In this document: positions 1 to 13,988 of the stretch, piece after piece | How positions within the stretch are numbered: position 1 is the stretch's first letter | Layout: every line of letters starts with the position of its first letter | Source: Nageia nagi | Taxonomy: Eukaryota > Plantae > Pinophyta | Assembly (NCBI GenBank): GCA_050084985.1 | Contig: JBITNC010000002.1 | Span: forward strand, 20,832,001-20,896,000 | Direction of reading: 5' to 3' | DNA: 64,000 bases | The notes under the pieces: generated by a model | Database searches by the model: none | Seen by the model: the letters and a program-made list of their open reading frames with translations, nothing else | What the model was told of the DNA's origin: nothing | Translations under genes and position numbers: made by a program

Positions 1-1785
1 GTATAAATCCCTAGAAATATTTGAGTAGGATATAAAGAGAAATTATGATACTATGAGCATTATATTTTGAGCAAGTTATGAATTGTATTTATTTTTCATG
101 AGAAAATAAAGCAAACATTTTCCATTTCCATTATGATTTGTTTAGGAAAGTCTAACTCTGATATTGGCTAGGCATGAATCCACTTGCCACCAATTATTTG
201 GAGTAGTTCTTATCCTCTTTTCATTTTAGTTCTATTTATATTTTAGTATTTCATTTTATGTTTATTTAGCTTTTTCTTGTCAGCATAACATTTTTCAACT
301 TTTAGTATGATTTCTATATATATTTTTTAGAACAAAATTTATCTTTCTAGTTTTTGATTTCTTTTGTGTGAGAGTTAATTTCTAGTTTTACTTTTATAAG
401 TCTTCCATTTCTTATCCTTTAGAAGAATATACTTTCAATATTTTTCTACAAATAATTTCTAGTGTGAGTTTGATAAGTTATGAGTCTTTTTATTTACAAT
501 GATAGGATTAGTCTGTATTTAATTGCACATACAGTACAAACACCCCCAAAAATCAAAATACCTTGAATGATAATTAAATGACTTATTGAAAAACTAATCA
601 TTTTCTATTTTTGAAAATTAGTTTATTGGGTCAAATATGAAAATATTGTTTGAAATATAAAACTTTACTAGAATCTATTTGATTTAAATAAAAAAAAATA
701 TCCTATTTTCTAAAATAAGCTTGCTAGGGCAAATAGGTAAGTAATTCTTGAAAACTAGGTTCCTAGTAGGAATTAATTGATAAAAAAAATTTTGTTTGTG
801 GAAACTAGCTTGCTGGTTTAAATAGAGAAAGATAAAAATTGAGCAACCTAAGGAAGAAAAAATAGTACAAAAATCCATAAACTACATGATGTTCACACCA
901 TCCGAGAATTAGAGCGTGAGCATCGATGCTCTTCATTCCTCCTCTAGCAATACCTCAATAACACCAATAATGTTCTTTGTTAGTGAAAGGATTTATGAAG
1001 TGCATGTGATCATCAAACTCCCTAACATCAGTTGAAACCTACATCATGCAACAAGGATGCCAATTTCTCATATTATTTATCTTGATCATCCCAATGATGG
1101 ATTACCTTAGGTAATCCAATCCAAAAAGGGGGCAAGGAAGGAGCTTCACTAAAGGTTTAGACCACTACAAAAAATACAAATTTTCAAAATTTCTTCTTCT
1201 TCTTTATTTCTTTGTACATGTAATTTCATTTCTTTTCATTACACATTCAAATAGGGGGAAATTGTAGTCACCAAAATATGATTTCTATTTTATATAAAAT
1301 CATATTTTAGGTATCAAGAGAATAAATTGTAAAAAGGTGTTGAAAGTGTCAAAAGAAACATCATAATCAATGTAATTGGTGCTAATATTAAGAAAAAACA
1401 CCACATATTAGGTAATTCATGTAGTTCTTAAGAAGTAAGGTGCTCAACTATAAAAGAATATCAAAAGCAAATCATTCCCTATCAGAGAGATTTGAAATAT
1501 ATCAACTAATGATTATTCCATCCTTGGAATAATAATGGTACTTTGTAACACCACCTATTTTAGGATCTATTATTTTCTAATCACATTAATATTATATTAC
1601 TTGAATTTGTCTCTATTCTCATGAGGTTTGTAGGTGTCAATGTTGTGAAAGAATTGATCATAAGGCATGCACAATGTGATTCTTGGATCCATAGAGCTCT
1701 AGATTTGTAAGAAAAACTTATCTTAGATGAAATATATCAAATATATGACAAAGAGGGCATATGATCCTATTTGAAAATTACATAG
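1..1785 (+). mobile_element. Degenerate LTR-retrotransposon 3' end (non-coding 3' internal region, PPT, truncated LTR from 1263)
   Basis: Purine tract AGGGGGAAAT (1253-1262) is directly followed by TGTAGTCACC, a typical gypsy PPT/3'-LTR junction. No coding motifs recognised; the LTR end was not found. Confidence 0.45.
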
Positions 1786-3326
1786 GTTTCCTTGGACTAC
1801 GTCTTCCATGGATGAAGTTATCAATTTACTTAGTTGTTAAGATATTTGCTCACTTATTATCGTGTTCAAGTTCTCTTGTAGTTTAGTCGTCTCCTTCTTG
1901 ATATATTCATGCATATATTTTTATAGGTAGGTGTTGATCCATTATTGAAGCTACATTAGGTCCATCTAGGTGTTGATGGTGATCACCAATTACTATAGAT
2001 CTTAGTGTTTGACATCTAACCTTTCCTCATGTTGTTAGTGCCATACAATTATTTTATCCTTGATAATGGGGGTTAAGGGGGTGATATCCCCCTTGTGAGG
2101 TCCTAGGACAATGCCCTAAGTGCACTCCTTATTGTGATATAGGGCAAAGTTCAAGGCAACACATAAATTTTTTTTTAAACTTAAGAAACACCCCAAAGTT
2201 TAAAAACTATAAATCTTACATTATTTTTTACAAAAATATCTATAAAAAAAATTATAAAAATGGGGGATCTATAACAAAATTCTACTCTTCATAGGATGTT
2301 AAGATCATCACTCTTATACCACTTGTAATGAACTTCCTTTAATTAATAAGAAATAATGCACAATATAACATAGATAAAGATAACTTCTAAAACAATGCAC
2401 ACAAATATAAAGAATTGTAAAATATAATAATGGAGAGCTTTTACATTTTAAAGGGGAAAACTTCAAATACAAATATGCAAATCAACTCCTAATGATATGA
2501 TCAAATTATCACAACTACTTTATTTATATTCATTTGAAGAATTACTCACATTTGTATGTTATTGGCCTACACGTATTAAATAATGTAGAAAATGATTTTT
2601 GACAAAACATTAGATTATGTGCGCTCAAATAATCCTATGCCATACCTTCACAATGATATTGTACAACAGGCACATTATAGGATCATAATAAAAATATTAA
2701 AACTTGTATATTTATAATAAAAATATTAAAATTAAATACATAATTTTTTTACTTTTAAAATTAACATGTTTAATTATTTTTATGATTATAAAGCATTCAC
2801 TTTTCTCTTATCATTCTTAAGCGAACCATCATACCTTATTGATTATCTCATTTTGTTTTCTTCTTTAACATATATACCACCATATATTATTACAAGATAT
2901 ATCTAAGATCATAATATAGACACCTAGTGATAGAATTATTTTATATATAATTATCCATTATTAATGCATTTCAAAACCACTTATCTTGAAGCCCCAAACT
3001 TGTATCCATTGAATTGTTTGCTCATTTTCAATATTACAAACTAAAATTAACCCTATGTCACTATGGTTGACTTGAATGAATTTTCCCACTCCACAAATAG
3101 TATGTCGCTTTGAATATCACCTTATTCCTTTTACTTCATTGAATCCATTTCAAGATCTATTTTTACATTAACCAATATCTTCTCCTACACATATGAAAGA
3201 CAATCAAGAGCATATTTAAAAATGCTCTACACTTAATTATTAGATACCCAATCTCTAGATATCCTGATTCTTTTTATGGCCACTTGTCCACCACTTTTTA
3301 GCATACAAATGAGTGACAAACATTAT
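1785..3326. repeat. Distal copy of a ~1.5-kb direct duplication of the CCoAOMT 3' flank
   Basis: Colinear with 3961-5494 from GGTTTCCTTGGAC...GGATGAAGTTATCAATTT to ...GATATCCTGATTCTTTTTATGGCCACTTGTCCACC...CAAACATTATT. Confidence 0.92.
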
Positions 3327-3960
3327 TACAATAAGTGTTTCAAATGATTACAACAATAATCCACATGAAAATGGAAACCAAATAAGTTAAGGAAATGATA
3401 AAACTAAAAATAGTCACACTCTATTTATGCAACAGAGAAGATCACTATATATTTATTTGGTTAGGTCTGAATGACATGCCTACTGGTAAAAGCTAACTAG
3501 TTGGTTGATTGGACAAAGTTGATTGGTTGGCCGATTACCATGACCAGACCTTTGTAGATCGCTTAATAAAGAGTTGAAGTTTTAACATTTTCATGCTTTG
3601 ATCAAGTTCAAATTTCAACATACCACATATAACATTCACTTTCAAAATAAATGGTTGTAACTTTTACCTTTTGTTACAAAGGAATTATTTGGATGTTAAA
3701 AAACTAGTCCAACTTATTTATCCAAACTATAGGTTCTTTTCCATTAAACTTTAACATATCTATTTTAGGAATGTGAAAGTTGCGTGGAGATGTCTCCTAG
3801 TATTTTTGATCTTCCTAATGCTATCTTTTCTATGGTATTTCATAATATTGGTTCCTTTGAGGTGCATAATATGGTTGATCTTCATATTGATCTTAATCAT
3901 CATCCCTGATTGAGTAAGGTTTACATTGTTTCATGTTGTTGAGAGGAGTATTATGTGTAG

Positions 3961-5494
3961 GGTTTCCTTGGACCATCTCTTCCTTGGATGAAGTTATCAA
4001 TTTGCTTAGTTATTAAGATATTTGCTTATTTATTATCATGTTCAAGTTCTCTTGTAGTTTACTCATTTCCTTCTTGATATCTTTATGCATCTATTTTTTA
4101 TAGATTTTAGAATTGGTTATCAATTTTTTGTTAATCCATCGTTGAATCCACACTAGGTCCTCTTGTGGTAGGTGTTGATGGCAACCAATTGCTATAGATC
4201 TTGTTGTTTGACATCTAGCCTTTTCTCATGTTGTTGCTGCCATACAATTATTTTATCCTTAATAATGGGGGTCAAGGGGGTGATAGCCCCCTTGTGAGGT
4301 CATAGGACAATGCCCTAGGTGCGCTCCCTATTACGATATAGGGCAAAGTTCAAGGCAATAAATCATTTTTTAAAAAACTTAGGAAGCACTCCAAAGTTCA
4401 AAAATTATGAATCTTACATAATTATTTACAAAAATATCTATAGAAAAAATTATAAAAAATGGGGGATCTATAACATAATTTTACTCCTCATAGGATGCCA
4501 AGATCATCCCTCTTATATCACTTGTAATGAACTACCTTTAATTAATAACCAATAATGCACAATATAACATAGATAAATATAACATCCACAATAATGCATA
4601 AGAATATAAAGAATTGTAAAATATGATGATGGAAAGCTTTGCCATTTCGATGGGACAATCTCCAAATATAAATATGCAAATACACTTCCTAATGATATGA
4701 TCAAATGATCACAACTACTTTTATTTATAATCATTTGAAGAAATACTCACATCTCTAGATTGTTGGCCTTCACTTATTAAATAATGTAGAAAATGATTAT
4801 TTAACTAAACATTAAATTATGTTCACTCAACCTTCACAATGATATCATACAACCTATATCATAGGAGCATGATACAAATATTAAAACTTGTATATCTATA
4901 ATAAAGATATTAAAAATAAACATTTAAAATTAACATATTTAATTATTTTTATGATTACAAAGCATTCACTTTTCCCTTCTCATTCTTAAACGAACCATCA
5001 GACCTTATTGCTTATCTCATTTTGTTTTCTTTTTTTTAACATACATACCACCATATATATTACTACAAGATATAACTAAGAGCATAATATAGACACCTAG
5101 TGATAGAATTTTATCTCTAATTATCCATTATCAACGCATTTCAAAACCACCTAGCTTGGAGCCCCAAATTTGAATCCATTGAATTGTCCGCTCAGTTTCA
5201 ATATTACAAATTAAAACCAACCTTATGTCACTCTGGTTGATTTGAATGAATTTTTCTACTCCACAAATAGATGTCGCTTTGAATACCACTTTATTCCTTT
5301 ATATCATTGATCCATTCCAAGATCTATTTTTGCATCAACCAATACCTTCTCCTACACATATGAAAGACAATCAAGAGCATATTAAAAAAATCCTCTAAAC
5401 TTCATTATTAGATACCCAATCTCTAGATATCCTGATTCTTTTTATGGCCACTTGTCCACCACTTTGTAGCGTACAGATGAGTGGCAAACATTAT
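3961..5494. repeat. Gene-proximal copy of the ~1.5-kb duplication (includes the distal CCoAOMT 3'UTR)
   Basis: Matches 1785-3326 and ends ~90 bp downstream of the CCoAOMT stop codon. Confidence 0.92.
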
Positions 5495-5581
5495 TTACGT
5501 GTGGACGACCTCTCAAAGGAGAGCTCATCCACTCCATACCATTCTTGATGAATTTTCTGTATAGAAAATCAGTGTTGATGC

Positions 5582-6708
<1,127 letters not shown>

Positions 6709-6871
6709 TTTTCCACACCTGAAATTCTGAAATGAATGTTATGCAATTTAGAAAGCAAGGAGTTTGCTGAGATCTAGGTGTGGTCAAAGCAAAGATGAGA
6801 TGAGATGTGTATGGGATGTGGGTTTTTTTTGTAAAGGAAGCCGTGTTGCAGGTGGAGGGACTGGGGCCACC

Positions 6872-6904
6872 ATTGTTGGTGGAAGTAGGTGGGGTGTAGG
6901 TGGA
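6872..6904 (-). promoter_or_regulatory. Cluster of three AC-element/SMRE-like MYB sites in the CCoAOMT proximal promoter
   Basis: On the minus strand: CCACCTACAC (~6894-6903), CCCCACCTACT (ACCTACT at 6884-6890 fits the SMRE consensus ACC(A/T)A(A/C)(T/C)) and CCACCAACA (6874-6882), ~170-195 bp upstream of the ATG. AC elements are established in monolignol gene promoters. Confidence 0.7.
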
Positions 6905-7351
6905 ACTTGTTTGAATCCTGCCGAACAAAGGTGCTGATGGGACAGAGGAAGGATGATACATGGCGTTGCTATGAATTCTTTGACCGATTGAAGAGCTCAT
7001 AGTGACCAATAAGATATTAGTGTTTATGTTTAATATTAACCTAATATATTAAATATTGAAAGTAATGTAAGAAGTTGAGAGTCTTTCATAAACAAATAAA
7101 CAATATATTGAAATATCAAAACACTAGTCTAAATTGGTTGAAAGAAGTTTGAAATTGAATAAATTATTTGTTTAGTAGGTAAGTTGTATTGCTCTTAAAA
7201 GTAAATCTTATTATAATTTTATTTAGGTTGTTTTCAAATTTTAATGCATTTTAGATTTTTTTTTTTTTGTTTTCTTAGTTTTCTTTGCGTTGGATAATTT
7301 TCATAATATAGATTTGAGTTCAAAATTCATTGTATTTTATATGGTTTAATG

Positions 7352-8762
7352 CAAGGGTTCATAATGAATTAGGAGTGTGGGAGCAACATGAGCATGAATT
7401 TAAGAAATGGAATAGTTGAAGTTATTTTTATGGAGTGCCTTGGAAACTATAAAGGAGCAACTAGTATAATAATAGTACAAAATCTTAGAATTTTTAGATT
7501 TTTTAAAATTTATTATTTCTAATTCATTATTATTATCAATTCGATTAGATATACAATACTTGGAACTTAAATTGGAAATCAAGTATGAATCATAATATTA
7601 AAATGAACCATAATCAATGATCATAATGCCATACTATCATTAAATTTGAATTGGTCTAGTACATTAGGATAAATATGAAATCTCAAATAAAAAATACTCA
7701 AAAGTTAAATGATAAATACAATAGTTCTGACATCATAGTGGCAAGCTAAAAAATGCCAAAGTGCCAAAATCACAACTATCAAACTATGGCTTTAAGGGAT
7801 CATGTGCTCCTAATATATCCTGATTGTAATCAATATCATCCTCCTCATTAGGAAGGCTATCTGATGAGCTTCCCTCACCATCCAATTGGACAACATCCAA
7901 CGATAATCCTACCAACCCCTGCACATCATCATCAATCTCAAGATTAACTGCCTCTATAGGATCAATATTCCATCATGTAATTTGACTAGCCTCGTACTCA
8001 TGCTTAACTCTCTCTTAAAGATAAAAATAACTATGCACTGCTACTAGCTTCTCTGCTCTCTTAGGGATAAGTATGTTTCTCCTCATGTTATGGATGAAGC
8101 CATAGGTGGACCAATTTCTCTCTGCAGCAGATGGACTACAAACCTATAAAAGTATTTGATAAATTTCGAATTAGAAACAATCATTTTACTATGTAGAATC
8201 TACTATTTACTAAATAATAACTAATTAAGAAATAGTAATACAAATGGAGAGAATAATGGATATAAATAGTACCTTGAATGCTCCTCCTTACTGCTATTTT
8301 CTCCTCCTTACTGCTATTTGTTTACCTCCTCATGCTATTATTTTTTACTTCTCAAGGCTACACTCAAGTAAAATGAATATATTTTTCAATTAGAATGCTT
8401 CATGTTTATATTTTTAGGGTTTGGGAACATTAGTGGGACCCACTCAATATCTTTTTTAAGTGAAAAGTGCAAATATTTTTTTGAGTTGGATGGCTTACCA
8501 AGAGCACCAAGGAGCACCTAGATCCTCTTGAGAGATGTCAATGAGTGACTAGTTGCTCCCTAACCACACTTGGGAGCATCTTGGTGTTCCCAATTTTTCC
8601 CTTTGATCGGGAACAACCCCCAAGGAGGGAATGTTCCAGGAGCATCTCCTAGCCACTCCCCAAATCGGAAGCAGATGGGATATGCTCTCATGTATGCTCC
8701 CTTGCTCTTAAACATCGAAAATACCCCTCTAAAAAGGTGTAGCATGCTCCTATGTAACCTTG
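7352..8762 (-). mobile_element. Internally deleted (Ds-like) hAT DNA transposon, 1411 bp
   Basis: 8-bp TSD GTTTAATG at 7344-7351 and 8763-8770. Imperfect TIRs CAAGGGTTCATA / TATGTAACCTTG (10/12 match). Repeated GGGAGCA/GGGAACA subterminal motifs at 8420-8750. Internal transposase remnant. Confidence 0.9.
7850..8143 (-). pseudogene. hAT transposase C-terminal dimerisation-domain exon remnant
   Basis: After an AG acceptor at 8144-8145 it translates as VCSPSAAERNWSTYGFIHNMRRNILIPKRAEKLVAVHSYFYL*, matching the hAT dimerisation motif (SSAxERNWSxFxxIHxxxRNRL). In-frame stops present. Confidence 0.9.
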
Positions 8763-10752
8763 GTTTAATGGATTTGCATTACTAGGGTAGTTAGAAGAAA
8801 TTTTAAGTGAAGGATTCAACTGAACATAAAATGATCTTTAAATAAGGTTCTATAGTAAATCTATTTCACATATTGCTAGTTATTTTCTTTGCAATGAGAT
8901 AGCATCATTCACATAAGAGAACACTATATTTATAGTGGTAAAACTATGAGATTTTTTCATGTATAAACATCTATGTCTGAATATATGAGATTCTATTACT
9001 TTTAGTGAAATATGTTTAGTAGTAATATATCTCATACAAATCTCATTTGAGCACTTGTAATGGTGATCAAACCAATTATCATAAATGATAGTTAATACTA
9101 TCAACAACACTTGCACTCTTAAGTGCACAGGACTCTATACCTTCTTCATCTTCACATAAAGTGAATACATAAGATCTTTACTAAATTAGATAAGAAGCAT
9201 AAGCATTCATAAAGTATCATACATACAATCTATAAGATTCTTCATATAGAGTGTACAACCCCAAGTATTAGTTAGGTATTTCATCAACAAACTATTTAAA
9301 CAGTAGATAATGCTGCCCTTCTCAAACTTTATCTCTTTAATTGTAGATAATAATTTTCACCCACTTACATAAGTGGGTTATATTATCCTCATTTGACTTA
9401 GGTATTTACATTAATATATCTATTTTTGTTATTTTAAATTAATAACCAAGAACATATATACCCAAGATTATAATGAGAATCAATTAGGATAAATAAATGA
9501 TATTTTATTGTACAATGAGAGTAATAGATTCTCTAAAGAAAATGTATAAAAAGAGCTTTCTATCTTTTGCAACATAACCAATTTCCAATTTGAGCCAATA
9601 TGAGTCTGTATGCTTTAAAGAGAAAGTAAGCAACTTATTACTTAAGCATATCTCCAACTAAACAAAATTAGATCAATTAGTTGCATACATTTACATTAAA
9701 TCATTTTATATAAATTAAAAAATAATGAAAATTCTATATAACATAGAACAATTGATCAATTAGTGTATTCTAAAAGTGATTCCAATAAATTAACAATGAT
9801 GTCATTTCTATTTTCATATAGAAACTACAACATCATAAGTACTAATCATTTATATTTTATTTAAGTTATGATATAAACCAAAATACTGATCACAATAGTA
9901 ACATAGAATCATTTGATACTTGACACTTATGAGATTTTTTTAATATACATCAATATGCTTCAACATGCATTGATCAAATTTGGCTTTTGATACTTGAAAC
10001 TTACATAGTTTGTCATTCTATTAGGACATGACAATAAGCTCAAATAAGAAAATATTTATTTGTGCAATCAAGCTTAAAAAAATTTGGATTTTGATATCTA
10101 ACACTTATAGAATTTACATTTTGAATTTCTTAGGATATATTAAAGAGGTACATTAAAATTGATGACCATGTATCAATAAATTCACACAAAAAATTAAACA
10201 ATAAGGTTCAATTTTGGGAGAAATTTTAATCATAATTTACACTCCCATTTATCAATACAATATAATTATGATAGATCAAATACAAAATAGTCCTACATTT
10301 GAAAAAGGAAGATATGTAAAGTTGTATGGATGGTCAATATAAAAAATTCATCTTCCTTAATGAGAATTTTAAGGTTCCTAATAATTAGAATAATAATCAA
10401 ATATTGAAGAGAAAAGAGTGATATACTTGTTAAAGAGAAGTTGTCATCACATGCAACATAACTTTATCTCTCGTTTGAAGATAACTTTACTAGTACAAGC
10501 ATAATTTTAATCTTATCAAATTGGTGAATTTTATATAATAATGAAGAATAATATGTTCAAATTCAAGTTAACATCATAAGTTCACAAGAGCACATTTATT
10601 TGCATGAACAAATTTTATATGAACATATTCCATTATCAGGTTAAAGTAGTGATAAGTGTATAAAGTAGTAGCTATTCAATATAAAAAAGAAGTTATCACA
10701 TAGCTCCATATCTTATAATACATAAGAATAATAAAATTTCAATTGATCAAGC

Positions 10753-12150
10753 TAAATATTTTTGAAGGCAATGAAGCTAGGAACTATAAATTTTAATTTA
10801 CAATATTATAAATGATAGGCTATGAACTTGCAGAAATCATCAAACTTAACTTGATTAAAGTATCAAGTGTTATATATGGTTGAGAAGATGTTGAAGAGAC
10901 CTTTCTAACAAGTAATTAAATTAATTAATCCAATAAGTATAACTATAGATATTTTCTTTTGAAGTTAAAGTTACTAGACTATAGTGATGTCATCAAAGAG
11001 TGGCAGTTTTCCTAATGATAAACTATGAAAAAGTATATTATGTTATATAATGTTGTGTATCTTAGGGGAGGAATATTATTTCCAATGGTGTATGGAAATT
11101 TTTAAATAGATGAGTAAATCTCTAGTAATTCTTTACAACACATAAGATATATATTATGTCATCAGAATAAGATTACTTAGTTAGTGCCAAAAGAACATGT
11201 GAGTGCTATATCAATTTATATATAAATGATATCATGTTATATATGTATGTTTAGGGAAAAAAAATAAATTTCCAATAAAAAAGGTTCATCAATATTGGAG
11301 CAATATAGATATGGCGAATTCAAACAAAAATGAAGGTATTCATAGAATGTTATTGAGAAAGGCTAGGTAAGTGATGCACATTATCAAAAATTATTAATTA
11401 TGGTGATAATTTCCATAAAAAACATGTAAAATATTATATGGTTGGAAATATATCTGAAATAAATAATTAACAAAAAGATAACCACTTAAAATGGAGGGCT
11501 TTAAAAAGTTATAGCTCTCGAAAAAAAGTTGGTCTTTATTTGGGAAATTTGATACAACAACAATTCCATATAATAAAAGTCACAAAATAAAATATAAATT
11601 AATATAAGTGAGGCTAAAATATCATGAAATAGATTAATATAATCATATTTTAGCTACATAATTGATATATAACACTCTAAGTATGATTTTTGAATCACAA
11701 CAACACTTAGAATGGAAAATACAAACACACAATTGAAAGGAAAAGTTGTAGAATTTTTTCTCTTTATATTAATTATGGAGAATGATTATAAGTATATTAA
11801 ATTACTATAGAATTCATACCTAAACATGAATTAAACTATGAGGTTGAGTGTTTTATACTTAAAATATCTAGTTGGAGTACAAAATCTTTCCAATAAAGTT
11901 AATAAAAACATAGATGGATGTCCAATACATTTAAAAGGATATATGGATGCCTATACCTATAATTAGAAAGGAATTTGGAATCATTTACATCCAATATACA
12001 TTCCTAAAAATTAAAATTAATAGGTTAGTACTAATAAGTACTAGAGGCATTTGAAGATTAGTTGTTGTTAGAGGAGAGGATTTGAATACTTACTTGCCCA
12101 CTTATGTCACAAAATTAAAATTCAAACTATTACAATATCACATAATTTCA
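10753..12150 (-). repeat. 3' LTR of the old copia
   Basis: Homologous to 28766-30201; ends ...TTTCA next to the PPT. Confidence 0.8.
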
Positions 12151-12169
12151 TTCTCCCCATTAATATCAA

Positions 12170-13983
12170 TAATTTATATATTGATTCTATCTTTGAGATT
12201 AAGAAATCAATCTTTCACCAATGTTTTAGTGAATATGTTTGCAAGTTGATCTTCAAACTTGCAAAATTTAAACTCAATGAATCCATCTTGCACTAAATCT
12301 ATCATGAAATAATGGTGAATGTCAATATGCTTTATCCTTATATGAAATACAAGATTTTCATCATGGAAATAGTGCTAGTATTATCATAGTGAATTTTGAT
12401 AGACTGGAAAAATTCCATTTCCAAGTCTTCAAATAATCTTTCCATCTAAATAACTTGAGAGAAAGTAAATGATGCATCCATGTATTATGCTTCTGTTGTG
12501 TATAGAGAAACTATATGTTGCATCTTATTTCTCCATAAAATTAATAATTCACTAAATAATAAGGCATACCCAAACATGCTCCTCTAGTGATCAAGCTCTC
12601 ATGCCTAATCTTCATCTGTGTATGCTTCCAAATCATTAGAATCAATAGCTTTGTACTATAGGAAAAAATATTTTGAGCCACTTAATAGTGAAGAATTATT
12701 TTGGATTATTTAAAATGGGATTCATGTGGTGAATGCATAAATATAACTACTAAAATTATGGCAAATATTATGTTAGGTCTTGTATCTGTGAGATACATCA
12801 AGCTACCAACAAGTGACCTATACAAGGTTGCATCAATAAGAAGAGAAAAATCTTCAACATAATTAGTTTTAATGATAAAAAATTATTCAACATACTTGCT
12901 TTGAATGGTTAAAATTCCATTAGGTGATTTGTTTAACTTCCATACCTATTTCACTTCACCCATATCACTCATCTCAAACTCATTCACATTGGAAATTTTA
13001 AATTATTGTAGCATAAAAGAGGAAGCGATAATGAATATAATGTGATCAACATACAATCAAATGATGATAAAATATGATCCAATTATCTTTATGTATATTG
13101 TGGATTCTTTTGAATACCTTTGATATCCATTTTGGTGAAAGGAGGTGTCAATTCTAGAGTACCATGCTCTAAGTTCTTATTTTAGCCTATAAAGAGATTT
13201 CTTTAGCCTACATAATTTATCTTCATGGATTACAACTATGAATCCTTGTGGCTAATTCACATACACTTATTCTTATACATCACCATTCAAGAAGGAAAAT
13301 TTAACATCCATTTGGTAAATAGTAAGACCAAAATGGGAAGCTAGGTCCAATGGAGATATAACTATCTTTAATCTAGTGATTGAAGAAAATGTCTCTTCAT
13401 AATTTAGGCCTTCTTTTTGAATATAAAATTTTTCCACTAGGAAATATTTATGTTTGTGAGTCTACCATATAAATTATACTTAATTTGTAGATCTACTTAA
13501 TGCCAATGATGTTCTTATTGTTCAAAGGAGGAATAAGATCCCAAAAATTATGTTTATGGATCTTCTCTATCTCATTTCTATAGCCTATTGCAAATATTTG
13601 TTTGTTGCTTATTATTTGTAGTTGGAAGGATCTAAAAATGAATAATTCATCAAGGCATATATGATAAAATGATCACCCCCTTGATTTCAACTAAGTAACT
13701 CTCTTGGAAAAATCTTCATCCAACATCTGAGATTATGGATGATCCCTAATGATCTGTATCTTATGAGTTTTAATAGTTTTAGAAGGTGATATCACCATAG
13801 GGATGTTGGGTTATTGAGGCTATAATGACTCAAAAGGCTCATGGTTAATGATGAATCATTAAATTTTGGAGTGATTCCAAGTCCTTCTGAATCCTTGTAT
13901 GTTCCTCCATTAAAAATCACATCTCTGTGGATATATAGTTTATTGATGATGGGATCATAACACTTGTAGGCTTTGGATTCTTT
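12170..13983 (-). pseudogene. Degenerate copia pol: post-integrase region, RT and RNase H
   Basis: Minus-strand remnants YQMDVKFSFLNGDV, LKKSLYRLK, YVDHI (YVDD), YRSLVGSLMYLTDTRPNI, KHIDIHHYF, DQLANIFTK; many stops and frameshifts. Confidence 0.88.
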
Positions 13984-13988
13984 GGACT

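Noticed and set aside
1785-5494. Duplicated flanks read as an LTR pair of a TRIM/LARD
   Set aside because: No shared TG..CA termini, PBS or TSD, and the unit includes host 3'UTR.
8413-8423. TTTAGGGTTT telomere-like motifs (also ~40423, ~53079)
   Set aside because: Single telobox-like copies inside TEs, not interstitial telomeric arrays.
8771-10752. AT-rich stretch with three loose TTTGATACTTGACACTTA-like repeats (~9910-10110)
   Set aside because: No termini, coding motif or second copy in the window; cannot be assigned.
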